A DNA stretch of 64,000 nt, from NCBI GenBank assembly GCA_963816145.1, contig CAWFJP010000011.1, positions 32,001 to 96,000 on the forward strand, in the 5' to 3' direction. Below are positions 10,514-20,483 of the stretch, in pieces. The stretch is from an uncultured delta proteobacterium (GTDB taxonomy: Bacteria; Desulfobacterota; Binatia; UBA9968). Made by a program: the position numbers and the translations under genes. Each line of letters starts with the position of its first letter. The stretch's first letter is position 1. Below the pieces are notes generated by a model, which saw only the letters and a list, made by a program, of their open reading frames with translations, ran no database searches and was not told the DNA's origin.

Positions 10514-11256
10514 GCGGCGAGTTCCTTTCTCAACGCCCAACGATGCAACCGATAACCGGCGGCGCCCAGGAGCAGATGAAATCCGATGTGAATCCCGCTC
10601 GCCGGCAATAGCCAGCCGAAAATCGACAAAGGCGCCAACTCTTGGCGGCTAAGATAAGCGACGAGAAACATCACCGGATTGATCGTGCCGTAAAACAGCG
10701 CAGTTAATATGACCAAGGCGGCATACAGACAACGAACAAACACCTGACGGTTCTCCAGCCGCCGCTCCCATAGCGCCAGCGCCGCCAGGCCCCAAACACC
10801 ATAGCTGACGGCATAGAACAACAGCAGCACCATCGTGCCGGCGATGCTGGCGAGCGGCGTGCGCGCAATGGCGCCGGCCCACGCCAACAACGGCAGAACC
10901 AGGAGTAAGGCGAGTCCGACATGGGTGATGAAGAAATCCCATTGGCCCCGGCCGATGATTTCAACCGATTGTCCCTCATCGCGAATCCAGTTGCGCAGCG
11001 GTTTGAAGCGCCAGGGGGCGAACTCCTGGTTGGCCACACGGAGGGAAAAATAAATCAGCAGAAGCTCGGCCGCCACCGCACAGACTTTGAACAGACTCGC
11101 CGAGCCGCTCCACATCTGTGCGTCGAGGGAGGGAATATATAGTGAAAAAAACTCCACCGGCGCAAGGATGATCAAGAGATAGAAATAGACTTGGAAACCA
11201 TGTCCCTCGGCAAAGTAAATGGCGATGCTCTCGCGCCAGATCGGGTTGCGGGTCAT
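10510..11256 (-). CDS. integral membrane protein (ABC-2 permease-like)
   Basis: About six hydrophobic segments, 'NPIWRE' N-terminus; overlaps both neighbours by 4 bp. Confidence 0.65.
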   Translation of the reverse strand: MTRNPIWRESIAIYFAEGHGFQVYFYLLIILAPVEFFSLYIPSLDAQMWSGSASLFKVCAVAAELLLIYFSLRVANQEFAPWRFKPLRNWIRDEGQSVEIIGRGQWDFFITHVGLALLLVLPLLAWAGAIARTPLASIAGTMVLLLFYAVSYGVWGLAALALWERRLENRQVFVRCLYAALVILTALFYGTINPVMFLVAYLSRQELAPLSIFGWLLPASGIHIGFHLLLGAAGYRLHRWALRKELAA

Positions 11257-13277
11257 TCGTCCTCCGCGGAGTTGAGCGGGATCGTCGCGCGAAACAGCGC
11301 GTAGTCCTGCACTTGAATGCGCGGGTCGTCGACCCGTACCCGCGGCGCCGGATCTTTCACCCAGGCGAAGAACACGGCGGCGCCACTGCTCCAGCGGCTA
11401 TCACCATCGCGCGGGAAGAACGATGACTGAAACAAGATATCGCGGGTCTTGTTGGCGAAGCTCACATCGCGGAAATTAACCGCCTCCGTGCGGCCGGCCG
11501 GACCATTGTTGCCGGTCGGCAGTACCAGAGAAAACTCTTTGTCCAGACGCGCGCCGCGCGGAATATCGCCGAGCAAGTGACGCTGCCCCGGCAAAAGCAG
11601 GCCGCAATCGAACAAATCCTTGCCGCTCTGATTGTTGATTTTCATGGTCAGCTTGTCGCCTTGCACATTAAACTCCGCGCGCAATGGGAAGCGATCGATA
11701 AAGCGCAGTCGAAACAAGCGGTAGTCCCACTCGCGCAGCGGCAATTGAAAGCGGTTAACACCGCCGCCTTCCTGACTCAACACCGGCGTTTCCTGCGCCT
11801 CGCGCGGCCGGTTCGACAGCGGCGTAAATTCCATCCAACCGCGTTCCATCTGCAGGTTATACTGGCGCGGCTGGGTGGAAAACAACGCCAGATTGGCCTG
11901 CGCGTCGACGACACCGTCGACGCCGTTCTCCAACACCGTCGACGACAACAAGACACCGTCGGGAATATGGCCGCCGCGGCTAAAGTAAACATAGCCGGCG
12001 CCGCCGCCCGCCGTCACCAACAATCCAAGGGCAGCGAGCGTTTGGGTTGTCGTCAGCCGGCGCCGCTGCCAGACCCAGCTGAGCAAGCCGATCGCGAAGA
12101 GATAAACCAGAATCACAATAAACAACGAACCGTAAGGCACATAGGTCGAAATGAACGTCGGGCTGGTGATCAGCTGGGTGAAGATCACGTCATTCCACTC
12201 CGCCCGTGCCCCCGGCTCGTCGACACCGCCGACCGCGAGCAAACCCTGCAAGAACTTAGGCAAACCCGGCCACTGGGACAATGGCGGCCGGCCGATATCG
12301 AGCGAGAGATAAACAATCCTGCCGCGGCCGCGCGCTGCCTCGACCAGCACCGGCAGGCCTTGGGATGTCGTACGCACCTCGCCGGTGAACGGCGTTGAAA
12401 CTTGCGCCCAGACATCGGCGATGGCCGGAGTTATTTCATTCTTATTGGCCGCCGGTGTAAACGCGATGCGCCGCGTGCCGCTGACTCGCACCGGCAAAAA
12501 GCGGCTGATTACCGGCTCCTGGTAGAGCGCGTAATTGAGACTGCCGAGAATCACCATCCGACCGCCGGCGCTCAGCCAGGTGTCAAGAGCGAGCACTTGG
12601 AGCCGCGACAAATCGCGCAGCGATTGATCGTAGACGATAATATGGGAAACGCCGAGCAGCGAGCGCGCGTCGGCAGCGAGTTCGTTCAAGGCAAGTGAAA
12701 CCAGCCGACCCTGTGCCGTCGGCGCGAGCGCGATGGGCGGCATCGAGCCGCTGTCATTGACCAGCAGCATCACCGGTGCCGGTGAAAAGTTGCGCCGCAG
12801 ATCGATCTCGCGCACCGCTTTGGCGGTGGAACTGTTAAAAACAATCGTCAGCGGCCGGCTGATGAAATCCGGGTCGACGGTTAGTTGCAGGGTTTTGCGC
12901 GATTGCGCCGCGAGAAAAACTTCGCGCCGATATTTGACAGGATAAGGCGTGCCGCCCTTGGTCACGCCGCCCTTCCACACTTGCACATCGAGGGTTCCTT
13001 CAGCCGGGCGACCGGAGTTGGTGAGCTCGACTTCCAACGGGAAAGGCCGACCCAGTTGAAACACACCGTGAAAACCGACCCGCACCTCGATAACGATGTC
13101 AGCCTCGGCTGGAACCACCGACAAGGCGGTGATCAGGAACGCTAGAATCACACCTGCGGAGCCGGCCCAAGCGCGCTCAAACGACCGATCAATAGAAAAG
13201 GAAATAAGGAAAGACCATGCGGTGGGGCACCGCGGGAGAAAATCATTCGGTGCAGCCTGCACGGCTGAATAGGGCAT
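11253..13277 (-). CDS. membrane-anchored hypothetical protein with GATase-like domain
   Basis: Long ORF, signal-like segment, 'WLSAGGRMVILG', 'GRGRIVYL', two central TM helices; start uncertain. Confidence 0.7.
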   Translation of the reverse strand: MPYSAVQAAPNDFLPRCPTAWSFLISFSIDRSFERAWAGSAGVILAFLITALSVVPAEADIVIEVRVGFHGVFQLGRPFPLEVELTNSGRPAEGTLDVQVWKGGVTKGGTPYPVKYRREVFLAAQSRKTLQLTVDPDFISRPLTIVFNSSTAKAVREIDLRRNFSPAPVMLLVNDSGSMPPIALAPTAQGRLVSLALNELAADARSLLGVSHIIVYDQSLRDLSRLQVLALDTWLSAGGRMVILGSLNYALYQEPVISRFLPVRVSGTRRIAFTPAANKNEITPAIADVWAQVSTPFTGEVRTTSQGLPVLVEAARGRGRIVYLSLDIGRPPLSQWPGLPKFLQGLLAVGGVDEPGARAEWNDVIFTQLITSPTFISTYVPYGSLFIVILVYLFAIGLLSWVWQRRRLTTTQTLAALGLLVTAGGGAGYVYFSRGGHIPDGVLLSSTVLENGVDGVVDAQANLALFSTQPRQYNLQMERGWMEFTPLSNRPREAQETPVLSQEGGGVNRFQLPLREWDYRLFRLRFIDRFPLRAEFNVQGDKLTMKINNQSGKDLFDCGLLLPGQRHLLGDIPRGARLDKEFSLVLPTGNNGPAGRTEAVNFRDVSFANKTRDILFQSSFFPRDGDSRWSSGAAVFFAWVKDPAPRVRVDDPRIQVQDYALFRATIPLNSAEDE

Positions 13278-13318
13278 CTTTCCCTTCCCGACAGACTTGT
13301 CCCACTGGCACCGGCAAT

Positions 13319-13801
13319 CTAGTCGATAAATTCGACGCCAAGAATTTCAAACGAGCGAACGCCCGTGGGAGTGCGAACCTGAACTTCATCTCCCTCGCTC
13401 TTGCCGATCAACGCGCGCGCGATGGGAGAACTGACAGAAATCCTACCGTTCTTCGGCTCCGCCTCATGATCGCCGACGATTTTGTATACCACCTTGTCTC
13501 CGGTATCGCCATCCGCCAAACTGACCGTCGCCCCGAAGAGAACTTTGTCGCCGGACAGCTTGGAAACGTCGATCACCTGGGCGCGGGCGATCTTATCCTC
13601 CATCTCGCGGATCTGCACATCAAGCAGCGATTGGCGTTCCTTGGCGGCGTGGAACTCGGCGTTTTCCGAGAGATCGCCGTGGTCGCGCGCCTCTTCGATA
13701 TCGCGGATGTTCTTCGGCCGCTCGACGCTCTTCAAGCGCTTTAGCTCCTCCATCAAAAACTGGAACCCCTTGCTGGTCATCGGGACGCTTGCATCTGCCA
13801 T
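13319..13801 (-). CDS. greA: transcription elongation factor GreA
   Basis: 'ARDHGDLSENAEFHAAKE', 'ISVSSPIARALIGK'; AGGAG RBS. Confidence 0.96.
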   Translation of the reverse strand: MADASVPMTSKGFQFLMEELKRLKSVERPKNIRDIEEARDHGDLSENAEFHAAKERQSLLDVQIREMEDKIARAQVIDVSKLSGDKVLFGATVSLADGDTGDKVVYKIVGDHEAEPKNGRISVSSPIARALIGKSEGDEVQVRTPTGVRSFEILGVEFID

Positions 13802-13818
13802 ACCGTCAACTCCTAGAC

Positions 13819-13854
13819 AAAAGAAAAACCCCTCGGAATCTCTCCCGAGAGGCC
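13819..13854 (-). terminator. intrinsic terminator/attenuator immediately upstream of greA
   Basis: Minus strand CCTCTCGGGA-GAGA-TTCCGAGGGG followed by TTTTTCTTTT. Confidence 0.7.
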
Positions 13855-13994
13855 TTGAATAAGATCTTAGATTTTCTTCCAGCTGCTAAATCTACCGGCT
13901 ATTTTACCATCGAGGGTAGCTATTGCAACTACCGCTGAACGTGCCGCATTGGTGGGAATAATTGCTCAATTGGGAAACCATAATCCAAGTGAGC

Positions 13995-14972
13995 TTAAGC
14001 CCGTTTCTCCGGCCCAAACACATGGCAGGACACGCCGTGCCCGTCTGGGCTGAACTCCAGCGGCGGCTCGGTCTGGCTGCAAACCGCTTCGCGGTAGGAG
14101 CAGCGCGGATGGAAGCTGCAGCCGGGCGGCGGATTGACCGGGCTCGGCACATCGCCTTCGAGAACCACGCGCTCCTTTTTCTTGTTCATGTCGGGGATCG
14201 GCACGGCGGAGAGCAGCGCGCGGGTATAGGGATGTTTGGCATCGCGGTAAATCGTGTCGCTCTTGGCGATCTCGACGACTTTGCCGAGGTACATGATCGC
14301 CACTCGGTGACTGATATGTTCGACAACCCGCAGATCATGGGAGATGAACAGATAGGTCAAATGCATCTTTTCCTGCAATTCCTGCAGGAGATTTATGATC
14401 TGCGCCTGGATCGACACATCGAGGGACGACACCGGCTCGTCGCAGACGATGAATTTCGGGTTGACGGCCAAGGCGCGGGCGATGCCGATGCGCTGGCGCT
14501 GGCCGCCGCTGAACTCGTGGGGATAGCGGTCGAAATGATCGTCACGCAGGCCGACCTGGTGGAGCAATTCCATCACCCGCTCGCGCTTGGCTTTGCCCTT
14601 GGCGAGTTTGTGAATCTCCAATCCCTCGCCGACAATGTCGCCGACGCGCATGCGCGGGTTGAGCGAAGCGTAGGGATCTTGAAAGATAATTTGCATCTCG
14701 CGCCGGGTGTCACGCAGCTCGCGCTGGGACAACGACAGCAAATTCTTGCCAAGAAAATCAATCTCGCCGCTGGTCGGCTCGATCAAGCGCAGGATCGCCC
14801 GCCCAAGCGTCGATTTGCCGCAACCAGACTCGCCGACCAAGCCGAGAGTCTCGCCCTCTTCAATCGACAGAGTGACGCCATCGACGGCTTTGACCGCGCC
14901 CTTGCCGCGCGAGAACAACCCTTCACCGACGGGAAAATGTTTCTTTAAGTTGCGGATTTCCAACAAGCTCAT
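13995..14972 (-). CDS. oppF: oligopeptide/dipeptide ABC transporter ATP-binding subunit (OppF/DppF-like)
   Basis: GESGCGKST, 'YPHEFSGGQRQRIGIARAL', C-terminal Cys-rich oligopeptide-ABC tail. Confidence 0.92.
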   Translation of the reverse strand: MSLLEIRNLKKHFPVGEGLFSRGKGAVKAVDGVTLSIEEGETLGLVGESGCGKSTLGRAILRLIEPTSGEIDFLGKNLLSLSQRELRDTRREMQIIFQDPYASLNPRMRVGDIVGEGLEIHKLAKGKAKRERVMELLHQVGLRDDHFDRYPHEFSGGQRQRIGIARALAVNPKFIVCDEPVSSLDVSIQAQIINLLQELQEKMHLTYLFISHDLRVVEHISHRVAIMYLGKVVEIAKSDTIYRDAKHPYTRALLSAVPIPDMNKKKERVVLEGDVPSPVNPPPGCSFHPRCSYREAVCSQTEPPLEFSPDGHGVSCHVFGPEKRA

Positions 14973-14982
14973 GGGTCAGCTC

Positions 14983-15062
14983 AATTGAAAATGGAAAATG
15001 AAGAATGCCAAAGCCAAAATCCAGATTTCGGGACTTCCATTATCAATTATCCATTCTCAATT
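14983..15062. repeat. imperfect inverted repeat of 7-nt AAT(T/G)GAN units
   Basis: AATTGAAAATGGAAAATGAAGAATG (14983-15007) vs CATTATCAATTATCCATTCTCAATT (15038-15062), 20/25 complementary. Confidence 0.7.
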
Positions 15063-15101
15063 TTCCTCATGCACTTGGCATTGACCTATTAATTTCGCGA
15101 C

Positions 15102-16088
15102 TCAGCTCTGTCGCGCTTCTGTATGCGGATAATGACAAGCCACCGTATGCCCCGGCTCTTTTTCCACCAGCTCGGGCTCCTTCTGGGCGCACAGATCGGC
15201 CGCCTTAGGGCAGCGGTCGCGAAAGCGGCAGCCGCTCGGTAGATGCAGCGGATTCGGCACCACGCCGGGGATCGCGTCCAAGCGATGCTTCTTGGCGACG
15301 CCGGTGCTCGGCAAGGAATTGAGCAGGCCCACCGTGTATGGGTGAAACGGTTTAGTGAAAATCTGTCTCGTGTTCGACCGTTCGACCATCTTGCCGGCGT
15401 ACATGATCGCGACGTCGTCGGCCTGCTCGGCGACCACGCCGAGATCGTGGGTGATCAGCAGCAGTGCCATGCCGATCTTTTGCTGCAGCTCCTTCATGAG
15501 GTCGAGGATTTGAGCTTGAATAGTCACGTCGAGCGCCGTGGTCGGCTCGTCGGCGATCAGGAGCGATGGATTGCACGACAGCGCCATGGCGATCATCACC
15601 CGTTGGCGCATGCCGCCGCTCAACTGATGCGGATAGGCGTCGACGCGGGATTCTGGATCGGCGATCTTGACCAGCCGCAGCATTTCAATGGTTTTCGCCC
15701 GGGTCGCCTGCTTGTCTAATCCCTGGTGCAGCTTGATCGCTTCACCGATCTGATTGCCGACGGTGAACACCGGATTGAGAGAGGTCATCGGCTCCTGGAA
15801 GATCATCGAGATCTCGTTGCCGCGGATCTTACGCATCGCTTCATTACCGAGCTTCAGCAGGTCTTTGCCTCGGTAGATGATCTCGCCGCCGACGATTTTC
15901 CCCGGCGGCGACGGGATTAGCCGCATGATCGACAGCGAAGTGACGCTCTTGCCGCAACCGGATTCGCCCACTAGACCGAGAGTCTTGCCCTCGGCGATCT
16001 CGAAGCTGATGCCGTCGATGGCGCGCACTTCACCTTCCGGTGTGAAGAAAGAAGTCTGCAGGTTTTTGACTTGGAGTAGATCCGCCAT
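15102..16088 (-). CDS. oppD: oligopeptide/dipeptide ABC transporter ATP-binding subunit (OppD/DppD-like)
   Basis: [10 protein letters not shown], '[19 protein letters not shown]', '[16 protein letters not shown]'. Confidence 0.93.
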   Translation of the reverse strand: MADLLQVKNLQTSFFTPEGEVRAIDGISFEIAEGKTLGLVGESGCGKSVTSLSIMRLIPSPPGKIVGGEIIYRGKDLLKLGNEAMRKIRGNEISMIFQEPMTSLNPVFTVGNQIGEAIKLHQGLDKQATRAKTIEMLRLVKIADPESRVDAYPHQLSGGMRQRVMIAMALSCNPSLLIADEPTTALDVTIQAQILDLMKELQQKIGMALLLITHDLGVVAEQADDVAIMYAGKMVERSNTRQIFTKPFHPYTVGLLNSLPSTGVAKKHRLDAIPGVVPNPLHLPSGCRFRDRCPKAADLCAQKEPELVEKEPGHTVACHYPHTEARQS

Positions 16089-16114
16089 GATGACAAAGTT
16101 GCGCCCGCGCTAAC

Positions 16115-16369
16115 TCACGTTGTACGGCCTACGCGCAGACGATTCAACATGCGCAGGCCCAAAATATCGCGAATTGCATCTCCCATAGCATTAAATCCCA
16201 GCACTGCCAACATGGTAAGCAACCCAGAGAACCGTGCCAGATGCGGATGGAGCCGCAAATAGGAACTACCCGGGCGACGCATGTCGCCCCAAGTGGGCCG
16301 GGTCGGAGCGACACTCAAGCCGAGGAAAATCAGTCCCGCCTCGGCGGTGATCGCCCGCACCAAGCGCAT
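16115..16369 (-). pseudogene. degenerate C-terminal remnant of a DppC/OppC-type permease
   Basis: 'AITAEAGLIFLGL..PTWGDM..LAVLGFNAMGDAIRDIL' matches the permease C-terminus; no N-terminal part. Confidence 0.6.
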
Positions 16370-16479
16370 CCTCGATCAAAACCACCCGCGCAAACTAAAA
16401 TCCAGCGCGCGCCGGACGATCACGGATAGCAGCAGCGATCTCGATCTCGCGGCAAACTATCTGGCGCATCGATACGGGG

Positions 16480-16845
16480 GCGGCGGCGCTCGCGGCAAGC
16501 GCCGACAGCCGCGGCGGCAGCGGCTTTTCGTTTAACGACATCGCCGCCGGCCGCGCCGGAATGCGTTTTGGCGAGACCGCGATAGAAAGCGCCACGGCCA
16601 AGAAGCTGCAGGCGAAAGTCGGCGCCGGAATCATTGAAAGTGACATCATGCCGGCCACTGCGGACCTGCCGGAATACCTGGCGAAAGCGGAATTTGAGCG
16701 CCGCTTCAGCGGCGTCGATGGGCTTGAATACAAAAAGATGATGGCGGAGATCGAGCGGCGCATTTCAGTGCCGCCGCTCTATCGGTACGGCAGGAAGTTT
16801 CTGGGATCTATTTTGCCGGATAGAGCTTCGCCAGTCCGTCAATAA
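16480..16845 (+). pseudogene. C-terminal remnant of a conserved hypothetical protein
   Basis: Frame reads 'DSRGGSGFSFNDIAAGRAGMRFG...DLPEYL..EFERRFSGVDG..YKKMMAEIERRI', a C-terminus I recall from longer hypothetical proteins; no intact 5' portion. Confidence 0.45.
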
Positions 16846-17848
16846 ACCCGCTGGCATCGAGCTGTCTGAGAATGCGGTCGTCGATCATCTCTTCGACTTT
16901 GAACTTTTCGATGGCCGGATTGCGCAGCTTCATCAGCCGTTGGATGTTGCGCAAACCGTCGACCCCGGGGAACGGTTTGCGCTCGACGCCGTTGATCACG
17001 TCTTGATAGCCTTCTTCCGCCGATGCCGGATCGTTAAGCTTCAGCCGCTTCATGATCGTCGCCACCACCGCCGGTTTATTCCTCGGTGAAAGGCTGAAGG
17101 CGATTCCCTCGAGCAGCCCTTTGAGGAGACTCTCGATAAGGTCTCGCTGCTCGCGCAAGGTGGCGCCACGAGCCACGAATCCTTGAGATGAAAATGGAAT
17201 GTTCGCTTTGCCCAGTTCGGCAAGGACGTTAAACCCCTTCTGCCTGAGGCGCCGGCTAAACACGCCATCGAGGACCGTCATGTCGATCTGGCCGCTCTCC
17301 AACGCCTGCGTCGCGACGGTCTGATCGCCGATAACCAAAAAAGTGATCTTGTCCCGCTCGGCATCCAACCCGAGCTGCTCCAAAGCCAACATCGCACCCA
17401 TCCACACCGTGCCCGCCAACGTCTGCACGCCGACTTTCTTGCCGCGCAGATCCTTGGCGGTCTTAATGTTCGGGCCGGCGACCACATCGTAACCCAACTT
17501 ATTGGTCAGCGTCGCAATCGTTTTCAGGTCGGCGCCGCTTGTCACCGCGGTGAGCACGGTGGTCCCGCCGGTGTAGGCGGCGTGCACGTCGCCGGCCGTC
17601 AACGCCGCGACCAACACCGGCGCTTGACGGATAAAGATCGCGTTGGCATTGACGCCATACTTGACGAAAAAGCCATGGTCCTCAGCGACCCACAGCGGTG
17701 CCACACGGGCATTGAGCGCCGCATGACCGATCACGGCTCTGCGCACCGGCGTCGCTGCGTACGTGCAATCGCCGCAGCACAAGATTAAAAGACCTACGAT
17801 CAGTGGAAGTGCAGTCTTACGAATCGACAATTGGAACCTCTGGAACAT
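16808..17848 (-). CDS. ABC transporter substrate-binding protein, NMT1/THI5/SsuA-like
   Basis: 'APLWVAEDHGFFVKYG', 'DLRGKKVG'; paralog of 1518-2522. Confidence 0.87.
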   Translation of the reverse strand: MFQRFQLSIRKTALPLIVGLLILCCGDCTYAATPVRRAVIGHAALNARVAPLWVAEDHGFFVKYGVNANAIFIRQAPVLVAALTAGDVHAAYTGGTTVLTAVTSGADLKTIATLTNKLGYDVVAGPNIKTAKDLRGKKVGVQTLAGTVWMGAMLALEQLGLDAERDKITFLVIGDQTVATQALESGQIDMTVLDGVFSRRLRQKGFNVLAELGKANIPFSSQGFVARGATLREQRDLIESLLKGLLEGIAFSLSPRNKPAVVATIMKRLKLNDPASAEEGYQDVINGVERKPFPGVDGLRNIQRLMKLRNPAIEKFKVEEMIDDRILRQLDASGFIDGLAKLYPAK

Positions 17849-17873
17849 TTGGAACGCTGGAACACGCTTCGGC

Positions 17874-18644
17874 CTATTTTTGAAACTGCTCCCGCGGAAA
17901 ATTCGCCGTCGCCATCACCCCGCCATCGACGATCAGCGGATGGCCAATGATAAAACTGGAATCGTCGCTGACCAGAAACAACGCCGCCTTCGCCTGATCG
18001 TCGGCGGTGCCGAGACGGCCGGCGAGGTTCTGAAAAGTTCGGCTGCCCGTCACGTCGTCATCGTAACCCACCGGCGAACCGGAACGGTTCGGCACGATGC
18101 AATTGACGCGAATGCCGTATTCGGCAAGCTGCACCGCCATGGCGCGCGTCATGTTGATCACGCCGGCTTTGGCGGCCGCGTACGCGATGCCGTCGAAACG
18201 GCCAACCAACCCCGAGGTCGAACCGAAATTCAAAACTTTGCCGCCGCGCCCTTGGTTCTTCATCTGCACGGCGACATACTTGGTCACCAAATACGGACCC
18301 TTCAAGCTCACCGCAATGACCTTGTCGAACTCTTCTTCGGTGCTGTCGAAAATATTGGCGTGATCGGTCAGCGCCGCGTTATTGACGAGGATATCGATGC
18401 CGCCGAACTTGGCCACGGCGTCTTTTACCATGCGCTGCACGTCCGCCGACTTGGACACATCGCCCAAAACCAGCGCTGCCTGGCCGCCGGACTTATTGAT
18501 CTCGTCAACCACCGCTTGGCCGCGCCCTTCGTGCATCTCGGCGACAATGATCTTCGCCCCTTCAATTGCAAAAAGTTTGGCCATCGCCTTGCCGATGTTT
18601 CTCCCGGCCCCGGTAATCAGCGCCACTTGATCTTTGAGTTTCAT
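17874..18644 (-). CDS. SDR family NAD(P)-dependent oxidoreductase
   Basis: TGAGRNIG, NNA, YAAAK catalytic motif. Confidence 0.93.
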   Translation of the reverse strand: MKLKDQVALITGAGRNIGKAMAKLFAIEGAKIIVAEMHEGRGQAVVDEINKSGGQAALVLGDVSKSADVQRMVKDAVAKFGGIDILVNNAALTDHANIFDSTEEEFDKVIAVSLKGPYLVTKYVAVQMKNQGRGGKVLNFGSTSGLVGRFDGIAYAAAKAGVINMTRAMAVQLAEYGIRVNCIVPNRSGSPVGYDDDVTGSRTFQNLAGRLGTADDQAKAALFLVSDDSSFIIGHPLIVDGGVMATANFPREQFQK

Positions 18645-18787
18645 GACTTGAATTCCCTTCTACCCAATCAATTTTTAACCGAGACTATCCGTCCATCGCA
18701 CAGTCTGTCAACGGCGACGACCCAATCTGGAATATGTAATCTGAAATTTGCAATACGTGACGCGCGCGCGTGCACCGCCACGTCAGG

Positions 18788-19336
18788 TCAAATCTTCAGA
18801 TCGTCCGGCGGCGTTGCCGTGTAGACATCGAAGGTGTTGAGCGTGCAGGCGAGCATCGCATAGTAGCCCACCGTCGCCGTCAATTCGACCATGCCCTTGT
18901 CGCCGAAGCGGCCATAGATCGCTTGAAACGTCGGTTCACTCACGCGGTGGGCGTGAATCATCTCACGCACGAAGCTGACGATTTGGGCGTCTTCGGAGGA
19001 AAATGTTTCAACGGCTTTTTTCTCGTAGACGCCGCGAATCGTCGCCATGGGAATGCCGGCCTTCTCGCCATGACCGACATGGGCCGCCCATTCATGCTTG
19101 CAGTCAAGCTCGCGCGCCGCCACCAGCGCGGTAAACTCAACGACCTTGTGATCCAAGGTCGATTCAAAACGCACGTAGCTGCCCAGATGCATCGTGCGAT
19201 AGGCCATCTCCGGACTATGCAACAGCGCCTTCCACGGCCCCCCCACCACACCGCGGCTCTGCGCGATGGTGTCGTAGATTTTCTGATCTTCGGGTTTCAG
19301 GTCTTCTTTCTTATCGATCGTTGCAATGCGTGCCAT
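18788..19336 (-). CDS. carboxymuconolactone decarboxylase (CMD/AhpD-like) family protein
   Basis: 'GPWKALLHSPE', 'EWAAH', 'VELTATVGYY'. Confidence 0.85.
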   Translation of the reverse strand: MARIATIDKKEDLKPEDQKIYDTIAQSRGVVGGPWKALLHSPEMAYRTMHLGSYVRFESTLDHKVVEFTALVAARELDCKHEWAAHVGHGEKAGIPMATIRGVYEKKAVETFSSEDAQIVSFVREMIHAHRVSEPTFQAIYGRFGDKGMVELTATVGYYAMLACTLNTFDVYTATPPDDLKI

Positions 19337-19354
19337 AAATCTCTCCTATCGGTC

Positions 19355-20483
19355 TTATGCGAGTTTTTCTTTCAACCACTGCGTCACGATGCCGACCACT
19401 TCGTCGTTCGACTGCCCCTTCTTCCGCCCCATATGGCCAGCGCCGGCGATGATGCGCAAATCCTTCGGGCTACCGTGCTCCGCCAGTAAGTATAAATCGC
19501 TGATCGGATGCTGGTCGTCATCTTTACCGTTGATGCACAAGAGCGGCGCGCAGGGCTGGTCGAGCAAACCTTGCGCCACCAGCGACAAGGTCGGCGCGAT
19601 TTTGAGAACTTCTGCCAAGCTCTTCACGCCAAAAATATACGACCTCGCGTCGAGCAAACTCGCCGGCCCCATCAAATATTGCGATGCGGTTAACGTCAGT
19701 GCCGGACGCAGCCACTCTTCTTGAAAGGTCCTGTGTACGCCGGCGCCCCAGTTGACTGCGCCGCGCAGCCGTTTCGGTTCGGTATGCGCCAGTTTGGCGG
19801 CCCAGTAGCCGCCGAAGCTGCCGCCCATGCAGGCGATCCGTCTTCCATCGATGTCGGCGCGCGTCTCGAGATAATCCATCGCCGCGGAGAAAGTTCGCTC
19901 AGCTTTGGGCTCCTGGCCCAAGCAAGGATTCTCCCCGGTGCCTGGAATGTCGAGTGTGAAACAGGCGATGCCCAGCTCGAGCAGGACATCGTTGTTGGTC
20001 CGGCGGTCTTCCTTCCAGCCGTCGACGCCGCCCCAATGCATGACCACCGGCGGCCGATGGACGCCCTTTGGGCACCTGCAGGTAGCCGACAACTTTTTTA
20101 CCTTCGAAGGGAATCTCGCAACGCTCCAACAGCGGGTCCATATAGCGCGCGGCTTTGAGAAAGGTCCGCAACGCGCCTTTGTAACATGTCATTTTCTCCG
20201 GGCTGCTTGGCACCGGATAACGGCCGATGCGGTAATACTCATAGGCGAGATAGAAAGTTTCACCGGCTGTTTTTTTCTTGCCCTGCTTCTCTTGTTCATC
20301 GCCCAGCTCCTCGTACTTAGCGCCGAACTTACCCCACTCGCGCCCCCACAGGTCCGAATCCAGACTGGTGAGACTCTTCAGAACCTGATCGACATCTTCT
20401 TTCCTCACCCGCTCGAACGGATTGATCCGTCCGGCGCGATGAGCGATGTCCGCGGTGATTTCTTCGAGGGTCTTTTCCGCCAT
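19355..20483 (-). pseudogene. alpha/beta hydrolase (FrsA / 2,6-dihydroxypseudooxynicotine hydrolase-like), split by one +1 frameshift near 20065
   Basis: N-part 19899-20483 ('YYRIGRYP', 'EIPFEG..GYLQVP') continues into 'PPVVMHWGGVD..GGSFGG..GAGH' of 19355-20092 if one G of AAAGGGC is removed; may be a sequencing error. Confidence 0.8.

Noticed and set aside
20060-20075. Programmed -1 frameshift at CCCAAAG / AAAGGGC
   Set aside because: The heptamers are not in X-XXY-YYZ phase with the upstream frame, and the shift needed is +1
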